IMG/VR virus record: IMGVR_UViG_3300032288_002811
Location: 1-64,000 of that record
Strand: one strand, 5' to 3'
DNA length: 64,000 nucleotides
Source of the DNA: a virus
Shown: positions 27,668 to 39,900 of the stretch, one piece after another
Numbering within the stretch: position 1 is the stretch's first letter
How the letters are laid out: every line of letters starts with the position of its first letter
The notes under the pieces: model-generated
Seen by the model: the letters and a program-made list of their open reading frames with translations, nothing else
What the model was told of the DNA's origin: nothing
Databases searched by the model: none
Made by a program: the position numbers and the translations under genes

Positions 27668-29320
27668 TTAACTCAATGTTATTGAACCGCTAGTTGTTGT
27701 TGCGAAGCCTGATATGTATATCTTATATGATACTCCAGTCCAATATGAACTTGGTGAAGTAACGTTTTGTGTTACAGGTCCCAAAATGAATTGGCCTGAA
27801 CCGATACTACCATTATTTAGAGCAGTATTATACCAAGAAGTTTTGGTTGAATAACTAGCAGGTACTGCAAACCATACATATTGTCCACTAGCATTCCATG
27901 TGATTGATATTGAACCAGATGAATCGGAAACAACTTTGTTTGTTGTGCCTGCTTCAATTGCAGCTGCGATAGAAGAACCTGTTGGTTGCGATGAGGCCAC
28001 ACCCCAGAAGTATGGATAAATTCCAGTAGTAGATGTACTACCACCAGAGAAAGAATTTTGTGCAGCTTGTGGATTGGTAGTTAACAATACAGCAGCTGTA
28101 TTACTATCAGTACCACCTTTGTTATTTAATTTTGCTACACCAGCACTATAGTTTCCATCACCAGCCCAAGTTGTTGTACCATTAACAATCGTAAATGTAT
28201 CTGTATAAGAAGCTGTGTAAGAATAGTTTTGATTATTTGGATCTTCATAACCAAACTGAGAAGCAACATTAGATGTAGTAGAACTTGTTGGATTTGTACA
28301 TGCAGAAATTTGACTTCCATCACGTGTGAAACGTAATTGTGTAAACGGTCCTGCATCATTCTTAATACCAGTCAACGTCATTGATTGATTGACAGAAACA
28401 CCAATTTCATATGTACCAGAAACACTTGGTGAGAATGAAAGTGTTGGTACTGTGTAAGATGGTCCTAATGTTGGGAATAATATTGCGTCTAATGCTTGCA
28501 CGATTGTATATGTTTTCCATGTTGATGCTGGCGTAGGAGCTGCACCACCAACTTGAATGCTTGTAACTGAATTGGCAATTGATGTATTATATGATAATGC
28601 ATTATTGGCTTGCAAGAATGCTGCATTGGCTGTTTGTCTTGCAAAAGAATCTTGTGCAGTCGCCGCAGCTGAAGATGCTGAATTTGCCGCATCAAAAGCT
28701 AAGTTAGCAAAAGTGCTGGCAGAGTTAGCTGCTTGGAATGCACCATTAGCATAATTGGTCGCAGCGATTACATTATTTGCAATTGCAAAAGCAGCATTGG
28801 CATATGTGCCGGAGTTTATTGCTCTAACATCAGCAGTATTAGCAGCTGTAAATGCACCATTGGCATAACCGGATGCTGAATTTGCCGTGTAACTTGGCGT
28901 GTTGGCTTGTAAGAATGCTGAGTTAGCATAATCACCAGAAGAATTCGCAGCCGTAAATGCTGAATTGGCTTGTGTTCTAACCCATAAATCAGTAGAATTA
29001 TTTGCTTTATCGAATGCAGCATTAGCATACAATGCAGCCGAATTGGCGGTATAACTTGGTGTGTTGGCTTGTAAGAATGCTGAATTGGCATATGAACCAG
29101 CTGCGCTACCTGAAGCAATATTAGCAACTGCAAAAGCAGAATTGGCATATACACCTGCAGAATTTGCTGTTGTGAATGCTGAATTGGATTGTGTTCTGGC
29201 AAAACTATCAAGTATAGTATTTGCTACTACTTTCCAAGCGTTATTGGCCTCATTGTAAATGTATGTTTTTCCATTTACAATTGTTGTTTCGTTATCTGAA
29301 GGTGATGTTGGGAATGCCAT
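27668..29320 (-). CDS. 550 aa fibre linker: FPxSP N-terminal module, about 200 aa of heptads, beta-rich C-terminal domain
   Basis: MAFPTSPSDNETTIVNGKTYIYNEANNAW start; ANSAF repeats; C-terminal YVWFAVP...YKIYIS. Confidence 0.75.
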   Translation of the reverse strand: MAFPTSPSDNETTIVNGKTYIYNEANNAWKVVANTILDSFARTQSNSAFTTANSAGVYANSAFAVANIASGSAAGSYANSAFLQANTPSYTANSAALYANAAFDKANNSTDLWVRTQANSAFTAANSSGDYANSAFLQANTPSYTANSASGYANGAFTAANTADVRAINSGTYANAAFAIANNVIAATNYANGAFQAANSASTFANLAFDAANSASSAAATAQDSFARQTANAAFLQANNALSYNTSIANSVTSIQVGGAAPTPASTWKTYTIVQALDAILFPTLGPSYTVPTLSFSPSVSGTYEIGVSVNQSMTLTGIKNDAGPFTQLRFTRDGSQISACTNPTSSTTSNVASQFGYEDPNNQNYSYTASYTDTFTIVNGTTTWAGDGNYSAGVAKLNNKGGTDSNTAAVLLTTNPQAAQNSFSGGSTSTTGIYPYFWGVASSQPTGSSIAAAIEAGTTNKVVSDSSGSISITWNASGQYVWFAVPASYSTKTSWYNTALNNGSIGSGQFILGPVTQNVTSPSSYWTGVSYKIYISGFATTTSGSITLS

Positions 29321-29336
29321 ATTGTTTTTTGCTTAT

Positions 29337-29348
29337 TATTTATTTAGA
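29337..29348 (-). promoter_or_regulatory. Overlapping late promoter variants (TCTAAATA/AATAAATA)
   Basis: Minus strand TCTAAATAAATAATAA in the 32 nt gap before ATG 29320. Confidence 0.6.
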
Positions 29349-29352
29349 TAAT

Positions 29353-32300
29353 TCAATTATATTTCCAGCCTGAAGATGATATATCGATCCAAACATTTGA
29401 TAATCCATCGTATATATATTCGTACAAAATATCATCATTTGAAGACCACCATTGGTCACCTGCCTTAGCAGAACCTGGTGAATTAATTGAAACAGTATAT
29501 GTTATACCAGATGGTGTGTTGGCTTTTGCAAATGCGGAGTTAGCATATGAACCTGCTGAATTGGCAGCAATGAATGCGGAGTTTGCCTGAGTTCTAACCC
29601 ATGCATCAGATGCATTGTTAGCAGCTGCAAATGCTGAGTTGGCATATACACCAGCAGAGTTGGCAGTAGTAAACGATCCATTAGCATACAACGCAGCCGA
29701 ATTGGCAACATCACTTGGAGTATTAGCAGTTAAGAATGCTGAGTTGGCAGTAGTAAACGATCCATTAGCATACAACGCAGCCGAATTGGCAACATCACTT
29801 GGAGTATTTGCGCTTAAGAAGGCAGAGTTGGCATATACACTAGCAGAATTTGCAGTAGTAAATGCACCATTAGCATATACACCTGCTGATGTTGCACTGT
29901 TTGCAGTTGTAAATGCAGAGTTGGCATATACACCAGCAGAATTTGCAGAACTATAAGCAGAATTGGCATATACACCACTTGAGTTAGCAGCAATAAAGGA
30001 TGCGTTTGCATATGCACCAGCACTTTCGGCCTTATCATTTGCGGTGTTAGCAATACTAAATGCGGAGTTGGCATAATCACCAGCAGTTACTGCCTTTGGT
30101 TCACTATTAGCTTGTGTGAATGCACCATTTGCATATAAAGATGCAGAGTTAGCAACACCAAACGAAGAGTTGGCATAATCACCAGCAGTTACTGCTTTAG
30201 CATCAGCAACATTGGCAGCAGTGAAGGCACCGTTAGCGTATAGTGATGATGAATTAGCAACACCGAATGATGAGTTAGCATAGTTACCGGCTGTGACTGC
30301 TTTGGCATCAGCAACATTAGCTGCTGAGAAAGCACCGTTAGCATATAGTGATGCTGAATTAGCGACTTCAAAACCAGAATTTGCTTGTACAAAAGCACCA
30401 TTTGCATAAAAAGATGCTGAGTTAGCAACTTTTGATACTAAACCCATATCTAATGTATCACCATTAGGTGAAGTAATTGATAATGAGCCTGAACCGGTGT
30501 TACTTAATTTGATACCATCAACATTAATAGAACCTGGACCAACATACAAATCTCGCCAAACATAATCTGCATTACCTAACTGATAAGTATTTGTTACTGT
30601 TGGTAGGATATTTGCTGTCATCAGCAAGTCACCCGTCATTGTGTCACCAGATTTACTTAACTTTGTATTAGCTGTTGCAAATGCACCGTTAGCATATACC
30701 GCTGCTGAGTTGGCAGTATAGCTTGGTGTATTTGCTTGTAAGAAGGCAGCATTTGCGTACAGTGATGCAGAGTTAGCGACACCAAATGAACTATTAGCAT
30801 ATGAACCTGCTGTAACTGCCTTAGCATCAGCAACATTAGCTGCTGAGAAAGCACCGTTGGCATATAAAGATGCGGAGTTAGCGACACCAAATGAACTATT
30901 AGCATATGAACCAGCAGTTACTGCCTTGGCATCTGCTGTAGCAGCATTAATAGTCGCTGTATTTGCTTGGTCATATGCAGAGTTAGCATATACACCAGCA
31001 GTTACTGCTTTAGCATCTGCTGTATTGGCTGCCGTGAATGCACCGTTGGCATATAAAGATGCTGAATTGGCAACACCAAATGAACTATTAGCATACGAAC
31101 CTGCTGTAACTGCTTTAGAATCTGCCGTAGCAGCATTAGTGGTTGCTGTGTTTGCTTGGCCATATGCTGAATTGGCATAGACACCAGCTGTGACTGCTTT
31201 TGAATCTGCCGTAGCAGCATTAGTGGTTGCTGTGTTTGCTTGGCTATATGCAGAGTTAGCATATGAACCAGATGTTACTGCCTTGGCATCAGCGGTGTTG
31301 GAAGATATGAATGCTGAATTGGCATACGAAGCAGCAGAGGTTGCTCTATCAAGTGAAGAATTTGCGATAGAAAAAGCAGCATTCGCATAACTTCCAGCAT
31401 TTACTGCTTTAATATCAGCAGTATTAGCAGTTGCAAATGCACCATTGGCATAATCAGATGCTGAATTGGCCGTGTAACTTGGTGTATTTGCTTGTAAGAA
31501 AGCCGCATTGGCATAACTTCCAGCATTTACTGCATTGGTATCAGCAGTATTAGCAGTTGCAAATGCAGAGTTAGCATAAGAACCAGAAGTTACTGCCTTA
31601 GCATCAGCTGTTGCAGCATTAGTTGTTGCTGTATTCGCCTGAGTGAAACCTGAGTTGGCATAACTAGCAGCACTTGTTGATTTAGAATCTGCGGTATTGG
31701 CTGCACCAAAGGCTGCATTAGCATACGTGCCAGAATTTACTGCCTTGGTGTCTGCTGTATTGGCTGCATCAAATGCTGAGTTGGCATATTGAGAAGCACC
31801 AGCTGCATTGTTTGCTGCTGTGTTTGCTTGCGTGTATGCATTTCCAATATAAGAAGCTACATTGACCTGGCCAAGTGTAATATGGTCTGCTTCCAAATCA
31901 CCTTTAAATCTCCATGCTTGAACGTTTGCAAGATGAAAACTAGCATCAAGAAGATTAATTAGATTATTTGATTGAATTTCAGGTGTATAACCTTGGAAGA
32001 AAATCCATTCCTTTTCATTTGGATCTCTGAATATACCTGTGTGAGCACCAGAACTTGTATCAGTATCATAATAATGTCCAATAATACCAATGTCAACTGC
32101 ATCTGATGCATAATTACCATTTGCTAAGTATATTAAAGAATCACCTAATGTAATACTTTGTGTGCTAATTGTTGTTGTATTACCAAGAACTGTTAAATTA
32201 CCACTAATTGTTGCATCACCAGTAACACTTAAATTACCTGTAATTGTACCACCAGATGCAGATAATGCTGTATTGGCTGCATCAAAAGCTGCATTGGCAT

Positions 32301-33900
32301 ACGAACTTGCAGATAATGCATTGAGTACACCTGTGTTTGCTTTGGTATATGCAGAATTGGCATAACCGCCAGATGTTACTGCCTTAGCATCAGCTGTTGC
32401 AGCATTTGTAGTTGCAGTATTCGCTTGTGTAAAACCTGAGTTAGCATATACACCAGCAGATGTTGCTTTATCATCAGCAGTATTAGCTGCAATGAATGCT
32501 GTGTTAGCGTATATACCAGACACAACTGCTTTAGCATCTGCTGTTGCAGCATCAGTTGTTGCTGTGTTTGCTTGGTCGTATGCAGAATTGGCGTATGATC
32601 CGGAACTGAATGAACTATTAGCTGCACCGAATGCAGAGTTGGCGTATGAACCAGCAGTTACTGCTTTAGCATCTGCTGTAGCAGCATTAGTAGTTGCTGT
32701 ATTAGCCTTACTAAAACTAGAATTGGCATATGCAGCACCAGCAGATGCTTTGTTATCAGCCGTATTAGCTGCACTAAATGCAGAGTTGGCATATACACCT
32801 GATGTTACTGCTTTAGCATCTGCGGTATTAGCTGCATCAAATGCTGAGTTAGCATACGCACCGGAATTTATTGCTTTAGCATCTGCGGTATTAGCTGCAT
32901 CAAATGCTGAGTTAGCATACGCACCGGAATTTATTGCCTTGGTGTCTGCCGTTGCAGCATTAGTTGTTGCTGTGTTTGCTTGGTCGTATGCAGAATTGGC
33001 GTATGAACCTGATGATACTCCAACAGTAGATGCCGAGTTGGCCGCATCAAAAGCACCATTAGCATATACACCAGAACTTGTTGCATAATCTGTGGCAGTA
33101 TTTGCTTGGCCATATGCAGAGTTGGCATATGTACCAGAATTTACTGCCTTGGTGTCTGCTGTATTAGCTTTGCTAAAACCTGAATTGGCATATGAACCGG
33201 CTGATACTGCCTTGGTGTCTGCCGTTGCAGCATTAGTTGTTGCTGTATTCGCCTGAGTGAAACCTGAGTTAGCATATACACCAGCAGATGTTGCTTTGGT
33301 GTCGGCAGTCGCAGCATTTGTAGTTGCGGTATTTGCTTGTCCATATGCTGAATTGGCATATGAACCGGATGTTACTGCTTTGGCATCAGCCGTAGCAGCA
33401 TTTGTAGTTGCGGTATTTGCTTGTTCATATGCAGAATTGGCATATGATCCTGATGTTGTTCCACCAGCAGTTGCGGTATTAGCTAAATCAAATGCACTAT
33501 TAGCGTATGAACCGGCAGAAGTTGCGTAATTTACTCCAGCATTGGCGGTAGTAAATGAGGAGTTGGCATAATCACCAGCAGAATTGGCTGTAATAAAAGC
33601 ACTATTGGCATATAAGGCCGCAGAATTGGCTACACCTCTTGCCACACCATCGGTAGCAGAACCGGTAGACATGGCATTCGCAAACGAAAATGCCGCATTG
33701 GCATATATGAATGCACCGTTTGCATAGGTGGCTGCACTTGAAGTGTCTCTAGCAGAAGCAACTGGAAAACCACCTGGAGTCGATCCATCATGTACAACAA
33801 GAATTTTCTTGGTAGTATCAACCGTAACTTCAGCCACAGCACCCGTAAAGGTGCTTGTTGATGTGGTGTTACCTCTTCTTAATTGAAATTGTGTAGACAT
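29353..33900 (-). CDS. 1515 aa Ala/Asn-heptad fibre protein with an Mtd_N/hyaluronidase-N-like N-terminal domain
   Basis: MSTQFQLRRGNT...FTGAVAEVTVDTTK..LVVHDGSTPGGFP; knob at about 31860-32260; C-terminal GDQWW...LYEYIYDG..NVWIDIS. Confidence 0.82.
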   Translation of the reverse strand: MSTQFQLRRGNTTSTSTFTGAVAEVTVDTTKKILVVHDGSTPGGFPVASARDTSSAATYANGAFIYANAAFSFANAMSTGSATDGVARGVANSAALYANSAFITANSAGDYANSSFTTANAGVNYATSAGSYANSAFDLANTATAGGTTSGSYANSAYEQANTATTNAATADAKAVTSGSYANSAYGQANTATTNAATADTKATSAGVYANSGFTQANTATTNAATADTKAVSAGSYANSGFSKANTADTKAVNSGTYANSAYGQANTATDYATSSGVYANGAFDAANSASTVGVSSGSYANSAYDQANTATTNAATADTKAINSGAYANSAFDAANTADAKAINSGAYANSAFDAANTADAKAVTSGVYANSAFSAANTADNKASAGAAYANSSFSKANTATTNAATADAKAVTAGSYANSAFGAANSSFSSGSYANSAYDQANTATTDAATADAKAVVSGIYANTAFIAANTADDKATSAGVYANSGFTQANTATTNAATADAKAVTSGGYANSAYTKANTGVLNALSASSYANAAFDAANTALSASGGTITGNLSVTGDATISGNLTVLGNTTTISTQSITLGDSLIYLANGNYASDAVDIGIIGHYYDTDTSSGAHTGIFRDPNEKEWIFFQGYTPEIQSNNLINLLDASFHLANVQAWRFKGDLEADHITLGQVNVASYIGNAYTQANTAANNAAGASQYANSAFDAANTADTKAVNSGTYANAAFGAANTADSKSTSAASYANSGFTQANTATTNAATADAKAVTSGSYANSAFATANTADTNAVNAGSYANAAFLQANTPSYTANSASDYANGAFATANTADIKAVNAGSYANAAFSIANSSLDRATSAASYANSAFISSNTADAKAVTSGSYANSAYSQANTATTNAATADSKAVTAGVYANSAYGQANTATTNAATADSKAVTAGSYANSSFGVANSASLYANGAFTAANTADAKAVTAGVYANSAYDQANTATINAATADAKAVTAGSYANSSFGVANSASLYANGAFSAANVADAKAVTAGSYANSSFGVANSASLYANAAFLQANTPSYTANSAAVYANGAFATANTKLSKSGDTMTGDLLMTANILPTVTNTYQLGNADYVWRDLYVGPGSINVDGIKLSNTGSGSLSITSPNGDTLDMGLVSKVANSASFYANGAFVQANSGFEVANSASLYANGAFSAANVADAKAVTAGNYANSSFGVANSSSLYANGAFTAANVADAKAVTAGDYANSSFGVANSASLYANGAFTQANSEPKAVTAGDYANSAFSIANTANDKAESAGAYANASFIAANSSGVYANSAYSSANSAGVYANSAFTTANSATSAGVYANGAFTTANSASVYANSAFLSANTPSDVANSAALYANGSFTTANSAFLTANTPSDVANSAALYANGSFTTANSAGVYANSAFAAANNASDAWVRTQANSAFIAANSAGSYANSAFAKANTPSGITYTVSINSPGSAKAGDQWWSSNDDILYEYIYDGLSNVWIDISSSGWKYN
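32809..32937. repeat. Perfect 63 bp tandem duplication (3 heptads)
   Basis: tgctttagcatctgcggtattagctgcatcaaatgctgagttagcatacgcaccggaatttat starts at 32809 and again at 32872. Confidence 0.95.
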
Positions 33901-33923
33901 GAATGCTTAATCCGTTATTTTAT

Positions 33924-33935
33924 TATTTATTTATG
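33924..33935 (-). promoter_or_regulatory. Overlapping late promoter variants (CATAAATA/AATAAATA)
   Basis: Minus strand ACATAAATAAATAATAAAAT across the stop of the 3610 aa gene. Confidence 0.6.
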
Positions 33936-36900
33936 TTAGTTCTCCGCAATCAACATAGAATCCTATGGTAACCGCATCATCTATTAGACCCATATCTAAG
34001 TATGGGAATCCTCCACCTGTGCCGCCACCAGAAGCTGTGTTGGCCGTAAAGAATGCCGCATTTGCCTTTTCGAATGCCGAATTAGCATAAGAACCAGAGG
34101 TTGTAGCATATTCCTGTGCGGTACATGCCGAGGTTATAGCGAAAGCTGCATCACTTGCTGCAGAATTTGCGTTGCCATCAGCAACTCCTGCAAGAGAGTA
34201 TGCAGAGTTTGCAACACCGAATGCGGCATTAGCTTGATTTCTTGCCCATGAATCAGTAGATGTACCGCCAGTATTCGCAGCTGCAAAAGCCGCATTAGCA
34301 TACGAACCAGCAGAAGTTGCTTTAGAGTCTGCTGTATTTGCTTTTATATATGCTGAGTTGGCATATGAACTTGCCGATACAATTGTATTGGCTACTAAGA
34401 AAGCCGCATTCGCATAACTTGCCGCAGAGTTAGCAACATAACTTGGAGTATTTGCTTGTAAGAAGGCAGCGTTTGCTTGAGTTCTTACCCATGGGTCGGT
34501 TGCATTGTTAGCTGTTAAGAAGGCAGAATTGGCATAGGATCCTGCTGATGTTGCCTTGACATCCGCTGTATTGGCAACAACATATGCGGAATTAGCGTAT
34601 ACACCAGATGAATTAGCAGTATCAAATGCACCGTTAGCATAAATGTCTGCTGAGTTGGCAGTATAACTTGGTGTATTGGCTGCTAAGAACGCTGCGTTTG
34701 CATATTCACCTGCAGCAATTACGTTATTAGCTTGTGCAAAAGCACTATTTGCATACAACGCAGCTGAGTTAGCAACATTACTTGGAGTATTAGCTGCCAA
34801 GAAGGCAGCGTTTGCTTGTATGAATGATGCGTTTGCTTTAGTGAAAGCACCATTTGCATATACTGCGGCTGAGTTGGCAGTATAACTTGGAGTATTAGCC
34901 TGTAAGAAGGCAGAGTTAGCATATGAACTTGCAGCAATTACGTTATTAGCTTGTGTGAATGCACCATTTGCATATAGTGATGCAGAATTAGCAACATTAC
35001 TTGGTGTATTAGCAGTTAAGAACGCTGCGTTTGCTTTAGTGAAAGCACCATTCGCATATGATTCTGCGGAATCTGAACCAATATAGAATGAAGTATTTCC
35101 ATTACTTGCGGACCATTTACCTGCAGTTTCAACCCAAAGTAATTGTGAATTTGGTTGAACGCCACGGTCAATTTCAATACCAGCATCAACTAATGGTTCT
35201 CCGTTTTGGTCAACTCCTGCATTTAGTGTGATAATGTTATCAGCAATTAATACTACACTTGTATTTGTATATGTTGTTGTTCCTGTGACAACTAAATTAC
35301 CTGTAATAGAAACATCACCTGTAACTGTGCCGCCAGTATTTGCATTCAAAGCATTATTAGCAAGAGCATATGCTGAATTGGCATATGAACCAGCAGTTAC
35401 TGCCTTAGCATCAGCTGTTGCGGCATTGGTTGTTGCTGTGTTTGCTTTACTGAATCCAGAATTTGCATATACACCAGCAGATGTTGCCTTAGTATCAGCA
35501 GTATTGGCTGCCGTAAATGCACCATTTGCATAAGTTGCACCAGAATTTGCAGTATAACTTGGAGTATTAGCCTGTAAGAAGGCAGCGTTTGCATATACAC
35601 CAGATGTTACTGCCTTAGCGTCAGCAACATTAGCTGAATCAAATGCAGAGTTAGCATACAACGCAGCTGAGTTGGCAACATCACTTGGAGTATTAGCTGC
35701 CAAGAAAGCAGCGTTTGCATACAACGCAGCTGAGTTAGCAACATTACTTGGAGTATTAGCTGCCAAGAAGGCAGCATTTGCTTGTACAAAAGCACCATTT
35801 GCATAACTTGCAGATGAATTAGCTCTGTAACTTGGTGTATTGGCTGCCAAGAAAGCAGAGTTTGCATATACACCAGCAGAATTTGCAGATGAGAATGATG
35901 CATTAGCATATACACCAGAAGAATTGGCAGTTATAAATGCTGAGTTTGCATAATCACCAACAGTTACTGCTGTATTATAAGCTATATTAGATGCACCAAA
36001 TGCTGAGTTAGCATACGTACCAGCAGTTACTGCTTTACTGTCAGCTGTATTGGCTGAACTAAATGCTGAGTTGGCATATACACCAGCAGATGTTGCCTTA
36101 GTATCAGCAGTATTAGCATTTGTGAATGCTGAGTTGGCATATGAACTAGCTGCATTAGCAGTTGTAAATCCTGAGTTGGCATAACTGCCAGATGTTACTG
36201 CCTTAGCATCTGCCGTATTAGCACCAGCAAATGCGGTGTTAGCATACTCACCAGAAGAATTGGCAGCAGTAAATGAACCGTTAGCATATACACCAGCAGA
36301 TGTTGCCTTAGTATCAGAAGTATTGGCTGCACCAAAGGCTGCATTAGCATACGTGCCAGAAGTTACTGCCTTAGCATCTGCTGTGTTAGCTGCGGTGAAT
36401 GCTCCGTTAGCATATGAACCTGCACTAGTTGCTTTAGTATCTGCTGTATTAGCTGATGTGTATGCGGAATTAGCATATACACCAGAAGAATTTGCCGAAT
36501 CAAATGCACCGTTGGCGTATGAACCTGATGTTACTGCTTTGTTATCAGCGGTGTTAGCTGCGGTGAATGCTCCGTTAGCATATACACCTGCTGAAGTTGC
36601 ACCACTTGCTGAGTTAGCAGCAGCATAAGCTGCATTAGCATATGCACCAGCTGTTACTGCCTTGGCATCAGCTGTTGCAGCATCAGTTGTTGCTGTATTT
36701 GCTTTATCAAATGCTGAGTTAGCATATGAACCAGCAGTTACTGCCTTTGTTTCACTATTTGCTGCAGCGAAAGCACCATTAGCATACAACGCAGCTGAGT
36801 TAGCAACATTACTTGGTGTATTGGCTTGTAAGAACGCAGCGTTTGCTTGGATAAATGCACCATTAGCATATAGTGCTGCTGAAGTTACCGCATTAGGAAC

Positions 36901-39900
36901 AAAGGCCGTATTTTGTGTAGTACCATCTGCAAACTGGATTAAATTAGGGAAAGTTGTTTTACCAGTAGTATCAAATAGAGTTATATAACCATTTGTTGTT
37001 ATTGTAGTATTTGCTAATGTACCAACAACATTGTCTGTGATAACATTACCAGTAACAGTAAGGCTACCTGTAATTGTACCACCAGTATTTGCATTAATGG
37101 AATTGTTGGCACGAACATATGCCGAGTTGGCATACACACCAGAAGAATTGGCTGCCGTAAAGGCACCGTTAGCATATACTGCTGCTGAATTGGCAATGTA
37201 ACTAGGAGTATTAGCCTGTAAGAAGGCTGCATTTGCATATGTACCAGCAGTTACTGCCTTCGTTTCACTATTTGCCACAGCAAACGCAGCGTTAGCATAT
37301 GAACCTGCACTAGTTGCTTTAGTATCTGCTGTATTAGCTGATGTGTATGCTGAGTTGGCATAGACACCAGATGAGTTAGCTGCAACAAATGCAGAGTTTG
37401 CTTGAGTTCTAACCCATGGGTCAGTTGCGTTATTGGCTGCTAAGAATGCTGCATTAGCATATACACCTGATGCATTAGCTGAAGTGTATGCTGAGTTGGC
37501 ATAGACACTAGCACTTGTTGCCTTATCGTCTGCCGTGTTAGCACCAGCAAACGCAGAGTTGGCATACACACCAGAAGAATTGGCCGCATCAAATGCACCG
37601 TTGGCATACAGAGCAGCAGATGATGCACCAGCTGCCGAATTTGCAGCTGCATAAGCTGCATTAGCATATGCACCAGCTGTTACTGCCTTGGCATCAGCTG
37701 TGTTAGCTGTCGTAAACGAAGCATTAGCATAAATTGCAGCTGAGTTGGCAACATCACTTGGAGTATTTGCGCTTAAGAAGGCAGAGTTGGCATAAGATCC
37801 TGCTGATGTTGCCTTAGTGTCCGCTGTGTTAGCACCAGCAAATGCAGAGTTGGCATATGAACCTGAAGTTACTGCCTTAGCATCTGCGGTATTAGATGCA
37901 GTGTATGCTGAGTTGGCATATACACCAGAAGAATTTGCGGCCGTAAATGCACCGTTAGCATACACACTAACCGATGCAACGGTATTAGCAACAACAAACG
38001 ATGCATTAGCATATGAACCTGCTGATGTTGCTTTGGCATCTGCTGTGTTTGCAGCTGCATAAGAATTGTTTACATACGGAAGTAAATCAATTCCTTTAAC
38101 TAAAATTGTTGTTGAATGTAAATTAGCATTAAGTGTTGCAATCTTAAATGATGCATCATTAATATCAATATTATTATTGGCAGTAATTTCTGGTGTGTAA
38201 CCCTCAAACAATTGCCATTCTTTGGTACCAGCATCACGAATTAAACCAGCATGAGCATTTGTGCCATCATTATAATGTGATGCAAAACCAATATCTAATA
38301 TATCAGCCGTATAGTTGCCTGTACCAAGAATAATCAATGAATCGTTTGCAACAATAACTTGTGTGCTAATTGTTGTTGTATTACCAAGAATATTTAAATT
38401 ACCTGTTACACTTAGGTCACCTGTAATTGAACCACCAGATTTTGGTAACGCATTGTTTGCAGTTGTAAATGCTGAGTTAGCATATGAACTTGCAGAATTT
38501 GCAGTATAACTAGGAGTGTTTGCCTGTAAGAACGCACCGTTAGCATATGCACCAGCAGTTACTGCCTTAGCATCAGCTGTTGCAGCATTTGTAGTTGCTG
38601 TGTTTGCTTGGTCGTATGCTGAGTTGGCATACACACCAGAAGAATTAGCCGCAACAAATGCTGAATTGGCTTGTGTTCTAACCCATGGGTCAGTTGCATT
38701 ATTGGCAGCAGCGAATGCTGAGTTGGCATACACACCAGAAGAATTGGCTGCAACGAATGCCGAGTTGGCTTGTGTTCTAACCCATGGATCAGTTGCATTA
38801 TTGGCTGCAGCGAAAGCACCATTAGCATAAATTGCAGATGAGTTGGCAACATCACTTGGAGTATTTGCCTGTAAGAAGGCCGCATTTGCATATGTACCAA
38901 CAGTTATTGTAGTATTGTATGCAATATTTGATGCACCAAATGCTGAATTGGCATAAGAACCAGCAGTTACTGCCTTATCATCTGCTGTGTTAGCACCAGC
39001 AAATGCCGAGTTGGCATATACACCAGAAGAATTGGCTGCTGTAAATGCGGAGTTTGCCTGAGTTCTTACCCAAGGGTCTGTAGCGTTATTGGCTGCCAAG
39101 AAGGCAGAGTTGGCATAAGATCCTGCTGATGTTGCCTTAGTGTCAGCAGTATTGGCAGCAGTAAAGGCACCGTTAGCATATACAGAACCAGAATTTGCTG
39201 TGTAACTTGGAGTGTTTGCCTGTAAGAAGGCCGCATTTGCTTGTATGAATGCACCGTTAGCGTATGTTGATGCAGAGTTAGCAACATCACTTGGAGTATT
39301 TGCTTGTACAAACGCAGCATTAGCATATAACGCAGCCGAATTGGCAACATCACTTGGAGTATTTGCGCTTAAGAAGGCAGAGTTGGCATACGAACTTACT
39401 GATGCAATAGTATTAGCTACAACAAATGATGCATTGGCTTGTATAAAAGAAGCATTGGCATAAGTTGATGCTGATGACGCAATATCACTTGCTATATTTG
39501 CGGTTGTGAATGATGAATTGGCATATGATCCAGCAGACAACGCATTGGTTGCGGATGTATTGGCTTGATTGAAACCAGAATTAGCATAGACACCAGAAGA
39601 ATTGGCTGCAACGAAAGCACCGTTAGCATATAATGCAGCTGAGTTGGCAACATTGCTTGGTGTATTGGCTTGCAAGAAGGCCGCATTAGCATATGAACCA
39701 GCTGTTACTGCCTTAGCATCTGCCGTGTTAGCACCAGCGAATGCAGAGTTGGCATATAAACCAGTTGTTGTCGTTTTCGCATCTGTTGCATTTGCCGAAG
39801 CATATGCTGAGTTGGCATACAAAGAAGCACCAGATGCATTATTAGTTGCTGTGTTTGCTTGGTCATAAGCAGCATTAGCATATACACCGGATGTTACTGC

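Noticed and set aside
29353-33900. Diversity-generating retroelement suggested by the Mtd_N-like domain
   Set aside because: Only the N-terminal attachment module is present. No reverse transcriptase, no C-type lectin variable region and no TR/VR pair differing at adenines was seen in the window.
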